Source of the DNA: Methanothrix sp.
GTDB lineage: Archaea; Halobacteriota; Methanosarcinia; Methanotrichales; Methanotrichaceae
Assembly (NCBI GenBank): GCA_026419855.1
Contig: JAOAKP010000005.1
Location: forward strand, 17,016 to 41,015
Length of the DNA stretch: 24,000 bases
Direction: 5' to 3'
In this document: positions 7,774-17,390 of the stretch, piece after piece
Layout: each line of letters opens with the position of its first letter
How positions within the stretch are numbered: position 1 is the first letter of the stretch
Position numbers and translations under genes: made by a program
The notes under the pieces: model-generated
Database searches by the model: none
Seen by the model: the letters and a program-made list of their open reading frames with translations, nothing else
Told to the model about the DNA's origin: nothing

Positions 7774-8532
7774 ATGGAATACGTGATCAGGATAAACGAC
7801 AGCGCGGGTGAGGGCGACCCGGAACCGATATTCTTAAGGCTACCGCCAGGCGGCAGCGATGAGGTACGCCTCCGGGTCGTCAACCTCGGCGAGCCGACCA
7901 ACCTGGCTGTTAAAACGGATCAGAGCATCAGCCGCCACGTAAAACCGGAAAAGATGAATCATTACATAGTGCTCGAGGAAACCATCCCGATATCGGTTAG
8001 GATGCCGGAGACCGCCGAGGCTGTGAGCGGAGATCTGCTGCTCATCACAGATATCACAACAAAAAAGATTCCGGTGACGCTGGAGGCTGAAGGGATGTAC
8101 AGGGATGACAGTGAGGATTTGGATGCGGATTTGGGTGAGAATGAGAACCTTGATGATTACAGTGATGGATACGATTCTGAAGGTGGTCAACCTCGTTCAT
8201 CATCAGGAAATCCACGTGATGGTTATGGTGATGAAGAGGATGATGAGGATGACCGGGGTGATGCGGGTTACTACAAAAGCGATCGGTACCGTCACGGCTC
8301 CTGGACAGAAGCTCGCGAGGGCGAGAGCATTGATAGATATGAGCCTCGCCCCTTTTATGATATGTACACCACAAATCTGATACCGTTCGCCCTGATCCTG
8401 GCAACAACCATCGTACTCATGGTGCTGACCTTCCACACCAGAACTCTGCCGCTATTCCATGGAGCGCTCGCCACATCCATGATGATCGTCAGCCTTATCA
8501 TCTATGGCACAGCTACCCTGCTGAGATCTTAG
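7774..8532 (+). CDS. Hypothetical membrane protein: beta-rich N-domain, hyper-acidic D/E/G/Y linker, two C-terminal TM helices
   Basis: The ORF is 7753..8532, with the start moved to ATG 7774 on promoter geometry. The acidic region is DDSEDLDADLGENENLDDYSDGYDSEGG...GYGDEEDDEDDRGDAGYY. The TM helices are LIPFALILATTIVLMVLTF and ALATSMMIVSLIIYGTATLL. I recognise no family. Confidence 0.65.
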   Translation: MEYVIRINDSAGEGDPEPIFLRLPPGGSDEVRLRVVNLGEPTNLAVKTDQSISRHVKPEKMNHYIVLEETIPISVRMPETAEAVSGDLLLITDITTKKIPVTLEAEGMYRDDSEDLDADLGENENLDDYSDGYDSEGGQPRSSSGNPRDGYGDEEDDEDDRGDAGYYKSDRYRHGSWTEAREGESIDRYEPRPFYDMYTTNLIPFALILATTIVLMVLTFHTRTLPLFHGALATSMMIVSLIIYGTATLLRS

Positions 8533-8538
8533 CTCTGG

Positions 8539-10194
8539 ATGAGAGTGATCTGTTTGAGGTACATCGTGGTCACCGGCGGGGTGATGAGCGGGCTCGGCAA
8601 GGGCATAACGGCAGCCTCGATAGGCAGGCTGCTGATGAACAAGGGGTACAGGGTCACTGCCATAAAGATAGACCCCTATATCAATATAGACGCGGGGCTC
8701 ATGAGCCCGTTCCAGCACGGCGAGGTCTACGTGCTCAAGGACGGCGGCGAGGTGGATCTAGACCTCGGCAACTACGAGCGCTTTCTCGACATAGAGCTAA
8801 CAAGGGATCACAACATCACAACAGGAAAGGTCTACAGCACGGTCATCGAGAAGGAGCGACGCGGTGAGTATCTGGGAAAGACCGTCCAGATCATACCGCA
8901 CATAACAGATGAGATAAAGAGGCGCATACGCCAGGTATCGAGGACCGGAGGAAGCGAGATCTGTCTCATCGAGGTCGGGGGAACCGTTGGCGACATAGAG
9001 TCGATGCCGTTCCTGGAGGCGATGAGGCAGCTCAAATACGAGGAGTCTGGCAACATATTCTTCGTTCATGTTACGCTCGCGCCGATGACCTCTGATGGCG
9101 AGCAGAAGACGAAGCCAACACAGCACAGCGTCAAGGAGATGCGCGAGCTGGGGCTTCAGCCAGACATGATAGTGGTGAGGTGCAAGAAGCCCCTGCTCCC
9201 GGAGACGAAGGCGAAGATCGCGCACTTCTGCGACGTCCCAATAGAGGCTGTGATCAGCGGGCATGATTCGGATGACATCTACAGGGTTCCGCTCCAGCTC
9301 GAGGCTGAGGGTCTCACCAGATACATCATGAAGGCCATGCGGCTGTTCCCCCTGGAGGAGCGGAGGGACTGGTATGACCTCGTTCAGAGAATGGACGCTG
9401 TCAGGGAGAAGGTCAGCATGGCTCTTGTTGGAAAGTACACATCCGGATCACAGTGCACAGATCCTATGAAGGATGCGTACCTTTCGATACGCGAGGCATT
9501 GAAGCACGCAGGCATCGAGGCAGGGGCGATGCCGGAGATCTCCTGGATAGATGCTGAGGATCTCGAGAGGCTCCAGCCTGAGAGGGTGCTGAAGGACTTC
9601 GACGGCATTCTAGTACCAGGTGGATTCGGGGTTCGCGGCACAGAGGGCAAGATGAACGCCATAAGGTATGCCAGGGAAAAAGGGATACCGTACCTGGGGA
9701 TATGCTTCGGCATGCAGCTCGCAGTCATAGAGTTCGCCCGGAACGTCTGCGGTCTGGAGGGCGCTTCCAGCACCGAGTTCGGCGAGACGCCGCATCCCGT
9801 AATTGCGCTGCTCCCCGAGCAGGAGAAGGTCAGGCAGATGGGTGCGACGATGCGGCTGGGCAACTATCCAGCGCATCTCCTCGAGGGCACCCTCGCCCAC
9901 AGGATCTACGGTACCACAGAGATCGTGGAGCGGCACAGGCACAGGTATGAGGTGAATCCAGCATACATCGAGATACTTGAGAAGAGAGGGCTTCTCTTCT
10001 CCGGAAGGAATGGGGATCTGATGGAGATCATGGAGATCCCTGGACATCCGTTCTTCTTCGCATGCCAGTTCCATCCTGAGATGAGGTCGAGACCGGGCAG
10101 GCCGTCGCCCCCATTCCTGGCATTCGTCGAGGCGATGAAGGCGCAGCGGCTCAGGAGAGCAGGATCAACGTGCACTCTCGAACTGACCGCGTAG
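8539..10194 (+). CDS. pyrG: CTP synthase (glutamine-hydrolysing)
   Basis: [22 protein letters not shown] is the N-terminal synthetase motif; [17 protein letters not shown] and RHRHRYEVN belong to the GATase domain. TTG 8554 (LRYIVVTGG) is a possible alternative start. Confidence 0.97.
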   Translation: MRVICLRYIVVTGGVMSGLGKGITAASIGRLLMNKGYRVTAIKIDPYINIDAGLMSPFQHGEVYVLKDGGEVDLDLGNYERFLDIELTRDHNITTGKVYSTVIEKERRGEYLGKTVQIIPHITDEIKRRIRQVSRTGGSEICLIEVGGTVGDIESMPFLEAMRQLKYEESGNIFFVHVTLAPMTSDGEQKTKPTQHSVKEMRELGLQPDMIVVRCKKPLLPETKAKIAHFCDVPIEAVISGHDSDDIYRVPLQLEAEGLTRYIMKAMRLFPLEERRDWYDLVQRMDAVREKVSMALVGKYTSGSQCTDPMKDAYLSIREALKHAGIEAGAMPEISWIDAEDLERLQPERVLKDFDGILVPGGFGVRGTEGKMNAIRYAREKGIPYLGICFGMQLAVIEFARNVCGLEGASSTEFGETPHPVIALLPEQEKVRQMGATMRLGNYPAHLLEGTLAHRIYGTTEIVERHRHRYEVNPAYIEILEKRGLLFSGRNGDLMEIMEIPGHPFFFACQFHPEMRSRPGRPSPPFLAFVEAMKAQRLRRAGSTCTLELTA

Positions 10195-10394
10195 AAAACG
10201 CTCATGACATGAAGTCGGATATGTGGATGATCTGCAGCCACTGCCATTTTCGTAAGAGTTACCTTCGGGTGGCTTTCCCTCGCCCTGAAAGGCGGTGCCT
10301 TCCTTTCAGCACTTCGGCCATGTCGAAGCAGTCGAAGCCTTCGAACGGAGTCGAGGGCTTCATCGATCTGGCTATCCAGTACGCCTGGAGCCTA

Positions 10395-11933
10395 TCAAAG
10401 CATCTTCTCCATGTACGGGGCGTTCAGTCTGTAGCCCAGAGAGGCGTAGTAGCCCCTGACGCCTATGCCGCTTGTGATTGAGATCCTGTCGTAGCCTCGA
10501 TCCCTTGCAAGCTCCTCCGCGATCTCGACAAGCCTCGCGCCGATACCGCGATGCTGCCATCCGCCCCTCCTGCCGAGAGGCACGAGCGGACCGTAGACAT
10601 GCAGCTCTCTGATCCGGGCCTCAGCGCCCAGCCTCAGCCTTAGGAATCCGACGAGAGTGTCATCCACTGTATCAAAGGATATGAAGTGTTCCTTTGCTCC
10701 GCATGCATCATAGCTCTCGATGTTCAATGTGATATCCCCATCGGATATACCGCGAAGCCCGGCCTCTCTGCACCTTATACACCTGCACCTCAATCCGCGA
10801 TCCTCGAGCCTCTTCCTTGCGAGCTGCCTGATGTTGCTCTTCTTGACGCCAGCAGCTATGAGGTGCGCAGGTATATCCCTCTGCACACGCTGGAGCCGCG
10901 TGTATCTCGGGAGAATCTCCTTGATTCGTGAGATCAGCTCAGCTGCCTCATCATCGGAAAGCGGCTCGTAATCGCCACGCATCCACATCCTGTGGAGCTC
11001 GGTCCCCTCGATCACAAGTGTGGGGTATATCTTGAGGTAATCCGGACGGTAATCGCTGTTCTCGAAAAGCTCCCTGAACATCCTGAGGTCCATCTCGGGG
11101 CTTGATCCTGGAAGCCCGGGCATCATGTGGAACCCGACCTTCAGGCCAGCCTCTCGCAGCAACCGGTTCGCCCTGATGGTCTCCCTCACAGAGTGACCTC
11201 TTCTGATCGCGCTGAGAACACCATCGTAGATGCTCTGCACCCCGAGCTCGACCTTTGTCCCACCTAGAAGAAGCATGTTTTTTATATGATCGCTCCGGCA
11301 CCAGTCGGGCCTGGTCTCGAAGGTTATGCCGACGTTCCTCACGGCTGCACTGCTGTTTGCTTCTGCCACCTCCCTGAAGGATCTCCAGCGTGCGCTGCTC
11401 ACTGCATCAGGGTAATCGTTCATCGCCTCCAGGCATCTCTTCACAAACCAGCACTGGTAACCCAGGGGCCTGGATGTTATTGTCCCTCCCATGAGGATGA
11501 GCTCTGCCTTGTCCACGGGATGGCCAATCTCTGAGAGCTGTCTCAGCCTCGCAGAAACCTGAGCGTACGGATCAAAGCCGTGCTGTACGGCTCTGAGCGC
11601 TGCGGGCTCCTGCCCTGTGTAGCTCTGTGGGGAGAACCTCTCGCCCAGAACGCCTCCGGGGCAGGGGACGCATATACCATGCGGGCAGCACGCCGGGCTC
11701 GTCATGACAGCGATCACAGCGACCCCTGAGAGGGTGCGGGTCGGCTTTTTGATCAGCAGCTTCAATCGCTCCCTCTCACATGGTCTGGCCGCGGCGAGTA
11801 TCTCCGGGTTGCCTGGTATCTCGGGGAGCTTCAGACTGACTGCAAGCGCCTTCTTCGCCTTTTCGAGATCCTCCTCGCTCCTTATCACACCAGATGCAAT
11901 CGCTTCCACGATGTCTCTGAGATCTCTGTACAT
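10395..11933 (-). CDS. elp3: Elp3-type radical SAM / GNAT tRNA wobble-uridine modification enzyme
   Basis: 512 aa. The N-terminal region VIAVMTSPACCPHGICVPCPGG, the central radical SAM barrel and the C-terminal GNAT (RGGWQHRGIGARLVEIAEELAR) are all typical of archaeal Elp3. GGAGGT lies 10 nt upstream of the ATG, inside the 3' end of the preceding gene. Confidence 0.93.
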   Translation of the reverse strand: MYRDLRDIVEAIASGVIRSEEDLEKAKKALAVSLKLPEIPGNPEILAAARPCERERLKLLIKKPTRTLSGVAVIAVMTSPACCPHGICVPCPGGVLGERFSPQSYTGQEPAALRAVQHGFDPYAQVSARLRQLSEIGHPVDKAELILMGGTITSRPLGYQCWFVKRCLEAMNDYPDAVSSARWRSFREVAEANSSAAVRNVGITFETRPDWCRSDHIKNMLLLGGTKVELGVQSIYDGVLSAIRRGHSVRETIRANRLLREAGLKVGFHMMPGLPGSSPEMDLRMFRELFENSDYRPDYLKIYPTLVIEGTELHRMWMRGDYEPLSDDEAAELISRIKEILPRYTRLQRVQRDIPAHLIAAGVKKSNIRQLARKRLEDRGLRCRCIRCREAGLRGISDGDITLNIESYDACGAKEHFISFDTVDDTLVGFLRLRLGAEARIRELHVYGPLVPLGRRGGWQHRGIGARLVEIAEELARDRGYDRISITSGIGVRGYYASLGYRLNAPYMEKML

Positions 11934-11942
11934 GTGCCTCTA

Positions 11943-12452
11943 TCATACCTCCCAGCGCGCATTTGGCGGCAGCCTGCCAGGAGATGAGGGTGATTCTGCG
12001 GGCCAGCCGAGGGAGATTATGGCGACCGGCACTACACCCTCCTCGATGCTCAGAATATCCCTCACCATCCCATCATCGAACGCCCCATTCCAGCATGCGC
12101 CAAGGCCCATTGCATGCGCTGCAAGCAGCATGCACATCACAGCAGCATCAGCATCCTGGATCGCGTAGAGACTACCCCTGTCGCCATAACGCCTGCTCGA
12201 TCTCCTAACATCAGCACAGACTACGATGTCCACAGGTGCAGAGGATATGTGGCTCTGGCCATATGCTGCCATGGCCAGCGCCTTTCTGAGATCCTGTCGC
12301 ATCACAACCACGTACCTCCTAGACTGAAGGTTGCCTGCAGATGGCGCCAGCTCAGCTGCCAGGAGCAGCCTCTCCACAGTATCCCTGGATACAGGTTTCT
12401 CCTGATATGCCCTGATCGATCTTCTTCCTTTAAGCGCATCGAACAAGTCCAT
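11943..12452 (-). CDS. Nitroreductase-family flavoprotein
   Basis: The N-terminus RRSIRAYQEKPVSRDTVERLLLAAELAPSAGNLQ and the overall 169-aa layout fit the nitroreductase fold. It ends 9 nt before the elp3 start. Confidence 0.88.
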   Translation of the reverse strand: MDLFDALKGRRSIRAYQEKPVSRDTVERLLLAAELAPSAGNLQSRRYVVVMRQDLRKALAMAAYGQSHISSAPVDIVVCADVRRSSRRYGDRGSLYAIQDADAAVMCMLLAAHAMGLGACWNGAFDDGMVRDILSIEEGVVPVAIISLGWPAESPSSPGRLPPNARWEV

Positions 12453-12711
12453 GAATCCATGTTAACAGTCTGTGGATTTAGATTTATGCAACCTCTCGTT
12501 CACCCGACGCAAAGCTCACCGCATTCGCACGGTATGCACTCGAGATGCTCTGCAGCCGGGTTCTGCTTGTGCCTATCCACTTCAAGGCGCAGCTCAAGCC
12601 CGCAAGCCGGACTTCGAGACATTGTATCATCGAGCTCCGTGCAGCTCGCACATCGCATGGCACAAAAATCGTAAATATATTGAGCGTGGTTCAGCCAGAA
12701 AGGAGGCTTAT

Positions 12712-13602
12712 ATGGATTTAGAGGAGTTCATCAGGAAGATAGACAGGCGGCAGATGATCGCAGTTCCAGCTGCCGTATTGGCTTTATCTATCATTATTCT
12801 GGCCGCCACGTATTTCACCACAGGATCACCGGTCAGAATGGGGATCGAGTTCACGGGTGGTACGCTCATAACAGTGCCCGCTGACGAGCCTGAATCACAG
12901 GTTCTAAGCAGGCTTGCGGGTTATGATATCACCGAGCTGAGAAGGGTGGGCAGCAGGTACTACATCCAGCTTCCTCCAATGGGATCTGAGGAGTACAAGA
13001 ACCTGGCCCGGACGGTGAATGAGCAGTTTCCGGATGCTGAGCTCAGATACATAGGACCTGTGTACAGCAAGCAGCTCCAGAGCGATGCTCCGAGGTACCT
13101 TCTGATGTCGTTCATTCTCATGGCTCTGGTGGTGTTTTTCGTATTCAGACAGCCAGTCGTCTCCGGCATCGTCGTGCTCTGCGCCCTTGCGGACATAATA
13201 ATAGCTGCAGGGATGATGACCGCTGTGGGCGTTAAGCTCTCCCTCGGCACGGTCGCAGCCCTTCTGATGCTCATAGGCTACTCTGTGGATACGGACATAC
13301 TGCTAACTGTGAGGGTTCTCAAGAGAAAGGGCCCCTTAAATGAGAAGGTGCTCGGGGCGATGAGGACAGGGCTAATGATGACATCCACAACCCTGTCTGC
13401 GGTCATCGTGCTGATCCTAGTATCGAGCATAATATATCTGGTGTCCCCCACCTTCACGAAGATCGATGTGATCTCAGACATATCTGTGGTGCTCTTCTTC
13501 GGCCTCCTTGCGGATATGATGAACACCTGGATAACAAACGTCCAGGCTCTGCGGTGGTACATGCAGCGGAATCCAAAGCTGGCCAGGGGTGGTAAGAGAT
13601 GA
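12712..13602 (+). CDS. secF: Protein-export membrane protein SecF (archaeal)
   Basis: AGGAGG (12701..12706) lies 5 nt before ATG 12712. Evidence for SecF is GIEFTGGTLITV plus the C-terminal TM bundle. The 80 Arg-rich codons upstream in the track ORF (from 12472) look non-coding. Confidence 0.9.
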   Translation: MDLEEFIRKIDRRQMIAVPAAVLALSIIILAATYFTTGSPVRMGIEFTGGTLITVPADEPESQVLSRLAGYDITELRRVGSRYYIQLPPMGSEEYKNLARTVNEQFPDAELRYIGPVYSKQLQSDAPRYLLMSFILMALVVFFVFRQPVVSGIVVLCALADIIIAAGMMTAVGVKLSLGTVAALLMLIGYSVDTDILLTVRVLKRKGPLNEKVLGAMRTGLMMTSTTLSAVIVLILVSSIIYLVSPTFTKIDVISDISVVLFFGLLADMMNTWITNVQALRWYMQRNPKLARGGKR

Positions 13603-15275
13603 GCCTTGCAGGCAGCATTTCGAAAGATCCTAGAGTTGTCATTTACATCGCAGCTGTAGCTCTCGCTCTGATCTTCATACTCACTCCGATACCCGGATAT
13701 CTGGGCATGAACTCCGGCCTCAAGTACGGCCTGGACCTGGAGGGCGGCTCGTGGCTCCAGCTGGAGCTGGAGGGGGCAATTGTCCAGCTCGATGTCGATC
13801 CAGTTAAGATCCTGGAGAAGGAGTTCCAGGGCGACTGGGTTGTAGAGGATGTCTCGAGAAGAGGCGAAAATTACGTAATAACGATAGAGGGGAAGGTTCC
13901 AGAGGCTCTGCCTGATGATCTTGGCTATCCCGGGTCAAAGGTTCTGGTGAGGGACAACACGACCAGAATCACTGTGCCTGCCTCTCCTGAAGGCGTTGTT
14001 GTGAACTACCTCAAAACGCGTCTCGATTCAGATGTCAGGATTGTCGGGCTCGAGCCGGTGCGATACGAGATAAGGTCGAATGTGACAAGGGAGCAGCTCG
14101 ACTCCATACTCTCAGAGGTCGGTGGCAGGGTTGCTCCCGGAGAGGACACGTTCATCAGCGGCCTCACCCCCGAGACGGTCGATGAGACCAAGGAGGTTCT
14201 GGACAAGAAGCTCAACCGCCTCGGACTCAAGGATATCAAGGTGAGGGTCGTCGATAACAGATTCATAACGATAGATCTGGCGGGCGTCAACGTCTCAACC
14301 GCAGAGGAGGTCGTCGGCAAGCCAGGGAAGTTCGAGATCAGGATCCAGGTGGGTCCGAATGAGACCAGGCATGTTGTGTACGGAGATGCTGTTGAGTCTG
14401 TGGAGCTTCCCAGGGGAGATCAAAGCGGGATGTGGGGCGTGCCCTTCACATTGTCAGAGGAGGGTGCTCTCACCTTCCAGCGGATAGCCAAAGAGGTTGG
14501 AGCCACCAGGAATCCGAAGGCGCATGAGGTCTCCATGTACTTGGACAAGGATGAGATCTTCAGTGCCCCTCTTGCTCCTGAGCTTGCATCGGCTCTCGAT
14601 AAAGCGCCCATGAGAAGCCTGGTCGCAGAGGTCGGCGCAGGTGATGCCGGATCCAGGAAGGCCAAGGAGCTGTACATTCACCTCAGGGAAGGCGCACTGC
14701 CCGTGAACGTCAAGATCATAGGCTCCGGTCAGGTCGATGCAGCTCTGGGATCTCAGTTCAAGTTCCAGGTGGCCCTCGCCGGGATCCTCGCGATACTTTC
14801 CGTGGGTCTTCTGGTCTTCTACAGGTACAGAGAGAGGAGGATCGTGCTGCCTATCGTGTGCACATCATTCAGCGAGGTCATCATGATGCTCGGCATATGG
14901 TCAGCGGCCGGCTGGCAGCTGGATCTCGCGAGCATCGCCGGAATAATAATGGTGATAGGCACTGGTGTTGACCACCTCTTCATAATAACAGATGAGCTTC
15001 TGCACGGAGAGAGGATAACAGAGAGGAACGAGCAGGAGGCGAAGGGTGTTCTGCTCACAGGCAAGATATACCTCGCCAGGCTCTCCAGGGCGTTCTACAT
15101 CATCCTGGGAGCGGCTGCAACCACCATCGCCGCGATGATACCACTCCTCTGGATGGGGTTCGGCGCGCTCATGGGCTTCGCCCTGATCACCATAATCGGC
15201 GTTCTGATTGGTGTGGGCATCGCAAGGCCTGCGTACGGCAGGATAATAGGCTACATCCTGGGAGAGGTCGCGTAG
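13599..15275 (+). CDS. secD: Protein-export membrane protein SecD (archaeal)
   Basis: ATGA overlap with the secF stop. GLDLEGGSWLQLEL near the N-terminus, a large periplasmic-type domain and a C-terminal 5-TM block all fit SecD. Confidence 0.92.
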   Translation: MSLAGSISKDPRVVIYIAAVALALIFILTPIPGYLGMNSGLKYGLDLEGGSWLQLELEGAIVQLDVDPVKILEKEFQGDWVVEDVSRRGENYVITIEGKVPEALPDDLGYPGSKVLVRDNTTRITVPASPEGVVVNYLKTRLDSDVRIVGLEPVRYEIRSNVTREQLDSILSEVGGRVAPGEDTFISGLTPETVDETKEVLDKKLNRLGLKDIKVRVVDNRFITIDLAGVNVSTAEEVVGKPGKFEIRIQVGPNETRHVVYGDAVESVELPRGDQSGMWGVPFTLSEEGALTFQRIAKEVGATRNPKAHEVSMYLDKDEIFSAPLAPELASALDKAPMRSLVAEVGAGDAGSRKAKELYIHLREGALPVNVKIIGSGQVDAALGSQFKFQVALAGILAILSVGLLVFYRYRERRIVLPIVCTSFSEVIMMLGIWSAAGWQLDLASIAGIIMVIGTGVDHLFIITDELLHGERITERNEQEAKGVLLTGKIYLARLSRAFYIILGAAATTIAAMIPLLWMGFGALMGFALITIIGVLIGVGIARPAYGRIIGYILGEVA

Positions 15276-15290
15276 ATAGAGACTGGAGCC

Positions 15291-15307
15291 CTCTTTTTAT
15301 TTTATTC
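15291..15307 (+). terminator. Oligo-T terminator after secD
   Basis: CTCTTTTTATTTTATTC begins 16 nt after the secD stop. T5 and T4 runs are the usual archaeal termination signal. Confidence 0.55.
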
Positions 15308-15438
15308 AACTGCGTATTATTTGCGATCTGGCTTAATGGAGAAACGAAATAAGCGAGATGAAGGTTCGGCATCAGTTGCGCTCTTCTGGTCGATAGACCT
15401 GCTGGCCATCCAGATGCTCTCGTCTGAACGTGATTCGC

Positions 15439-16401
15439 ATGAGAAAAATCGATACGAAGCTGATGATGAAAGCGGTGTGGCAGCTGCGTGTGAGACGCAG
15501 GCCCTTCGTTCTCTCCCACACAGTGAACACCGCCTGCAACCTCAGATGCAGCTTCTGCCCTCACTGGCGCAGGCGCGGCCGCGAGATGAGCCTTGGGGAG
15601 ATCACAGAGATGCTCGATGACGCAGCGCGATTTGGCATAGGCGCATACAATGCGTGGGCCACCGAGCCTCTGCTGCGTTGCGAAATTTCGGATATTCTTA
15701 GGCATGCAAGATCTCTGGGAATGGTGACATCGCTGGTGACGAACGGCATTCTGCTGATCGAAAGGATGAATGATCTGGAGAGCCTCAACTATCTTACAGT
15801 CTCGGTGGATGGGATCGAGAGTCTCAGGGAGATAAGGGGCATCGATCTCGGTGAGATCCTGGATGGCATCGTGGAGGCCAGGAGGAGGGGCATCGAGGTC
15901 CTGATGAACTGTGTCATCAGTGATAAAAATCTCGGAGAGCTTGCGCATCTTGTGAAGCTGGCCGAAAAGATCGATTCATGGATCTCGTTTGAGCCGCTCC
16001 ACGAGTTTGATAATGCAGAATGCGATGATCTGAGAATCAGAGATCGGGAACGCTACAGATCAGCTATCGGAGAGCTGATCGATCTGAAATCAAGAGGCGC
16101 TCCCATAATCAACTCGATCACATACCTCAGGATGATACAGCAGAGAGCGCCGGCGTTCAGATGCCATGCATCTGATCTGATACTCCACGTATCAGCGGAT
16201 GGGAGCGTTTATACCTGCCGCGTCCACGACGAGCCTTTGGGCCATGTATCCGGGGGCATATCGAACATCTGGCGTGAGTCTCGTGAGATGCGGAAAAGGA
16301 TATCGGAAGGCTGCGGGGGATGCATGTTCTTCGGCTACGTCGAGAACAGCCTGCTCTACGATATGGTTCCTGAGGTCATGATGCACTACGAGTGGATGTA
16401 G
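15439..16401 (+). CDS. Radical SAM enzyme with C-terminal auxiliary Cys cluster (SPASM/twitch-like), substrate unknown
   Basis: The CxxxCxxC motif CNLRCSFC lies at 15535..15558. The C-terminal Cys pattern is C-x17-C (CHASDLILHVSADGSVYTC), then CGGC. ATG 15439 was chosen; GTG 15430 and ATG 15463 are alternatives. Confidence 0.85.
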   Translation: MRKIDTKLMMKAVWQLRVRRRPFVLSHTVNTACNLRCSFCPHWRRRGREMSLGEITEMLDDAARFGIGAYNAWATEPLLRCEISDILRHARSLGMVTSLVTNGILLIERMNDLESLNYLTVSVDGIESLREIRGIDLGEILDGIVEARRRGIEVLMNCVISDKNLGELAHLVKLAEKIDSWISFEPLHEFDNAECDDLRIRDRERYRSAIGELIDLKSRGAPIINSITYLRMIQQRAPAFRCHASDLILHVSADGSVYTCRVHDEPLGHVSGGISNIWRESREMRKRISEGCGGCMFFGYVENSLLYDMVPEVMMHYEWM

Positions 16402-16658
16402 CTATGCGATGAGATACTCGGCAGTCTACCTTCTTTGAGTTGATCTTTGATGGACCGGCTCCCTGAGATGTGTTTATTTTGAACGCTGCCGGCATGAAAA
16501 TCGACATCCGAGACCTGTTAATACTTGTCCGATGCCTTGCAGCGCGGTTGATGGCTGTGAATCTCCTGTAGCTATTGCTTTTGCACTCATCCACACACCG
16601 TAGGTAGACCACCCCACTGCCCAGAAGATCTCTTATAACCGGTGGTGAATCTCAGTTC

Positions 16659-17390
16659 ATGCGTGTTGGAGTAATCACCAGAGGCAAGTACGGAGAGCGG
16701 CTCATAGATACGATATTGAAGCACACCGACTTCGATGTGGTGCATGCGGCTGTGCCGGAGCTGCTTCCTGGATTCATCGAGGACCCGGATGAGTTTCTCA
16801 GGAGCATTGACCTGAATGAGGATGTATTCAGCGCGGATCTGATTGTCATGTACACGCTGCATCCGGATCTCACGCCAGCGATTGCGAAAATGGCCGGTGA
16901 GCACGGGGTGAAGGCGCTTCTGATCCCCGGAGGCATCGGAAGGGCCGGATCGATAGAGGAGCTGCGCAGCATCTCTGAGAGGTATAACATCTACATAGAG
17001 GTGGATGAGATCTGCTGCACCCTCGAGAAGGTCGGGGTTGATGCCGTGGACAAGTTCGCAGAACATCTAGGACGACCGGAGCTGAGGGTCGAGCTGAACA
17101 GCGGCAGGATCAGCAGAGTGGATGTGATTCGCGGATCACCCTGCGGCAGCACCTGGCACGTGGCACGAGAGCTCATCGGAAAGAGCGCCGCTGAGGCTCC
17201 ATCTCTTGCAGGCCTGGCATGCCAGCAGTACCCGTGCAGAGCTGTGCGCGGCACGCCTGGGGGTATTCACACATCGGGGGATCTGCACAAGAGCGCGATG
17301 GAGCAAGCTCTTGGTCTGAGATCAGAGCTCATTCTTCCGAGACAGTCAAGGCCGATCAGGATAAGGGGTGGCGTTGTTGAGATGTCTTGA
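16659..17390 (+). CDS. DUF166 / COG1810 family protein (labelled putative thymidylate synthase in some databases; I know of no experimental proof)
   Basis: 243 aa. MRVGVITRGKYGERL..., LHPDLTPAIA, EICCTLE and RGSPCGSTWHVA fit my recollection of the DUF166 pattern. GGTGGTGA lies 10 nt upstream of the ATG. Confidence 0.7.
   Translation: MRVGVITRGKYGERLIDTILKHTDFDVVHAAVPELLPGFIEDPDEFLRSIDLNEDVFSADLIVMYTLHPDLTPAIAKMAGEHGVKALLIPGGIGRAGSIEELRSISERYNIYIEVDEICCTLEKVGVDAVDKFAEHLGRPELRVELNSGRISRVDVIRGSPCGSTWHVARELIGKSAAEAPSLAGLACQQYPCRAVRGTPGGIHTSGDLHKSAMEQALGLRSELILPRQSRPIRIRGGVVEMS

Noticed and set aside
8100-8280. Purine-rich, GAT/GAG-repetitive DNA that looks like a microsatellite
   Set aside because: It is in frame with, and fully explained by, the acidic D/E/G/Y linker of the membrane protein. 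There is no regular tandem unit.
9384-10247. Minus-strand ORFs 9384..9863, 9610..10074 and 9906..10247
   Set aside because: They are antisense to pyrG, which is unambiguous. No motifs are present.
10285-10309. 8-bp stem hairpin (CTGAAAGG-9 nt-CCTTTCAG) between the convergent pyrG and elp3 genes as a terminator
   Set aside because: No oligo-T run follows it on either strand, which is the feature archaeal termination mainly depends on. It is kept only as a note.
12472-12711. 80-codon N-terminal extension of the SecF ORF
   Set aside because: Its composition is Arg/Cys/His-rich and unlike a membrane-protein N-terminus. A perfect AGGAGG sits in front of the internal ATG 12712.
15187-15948. 253-aa minus-strand ORF spanning the secD 3' end, the oligo-T terminator and the radical SAM 5' half
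   Set aside because: It runs antisense to two well-supported genes and crosses an intergenic terminator. The translation has no recognisable features.
16494-16571. 25-aa ORF (MKIDIRDLLILVRCLAARLMAVNLL) downstream of the radical SAM gene as a RiPP precursor
   Set aside because: It has no SD, only a single Cys, and no leader/core-like organisation. It is indistinguishable from a chance ORF.
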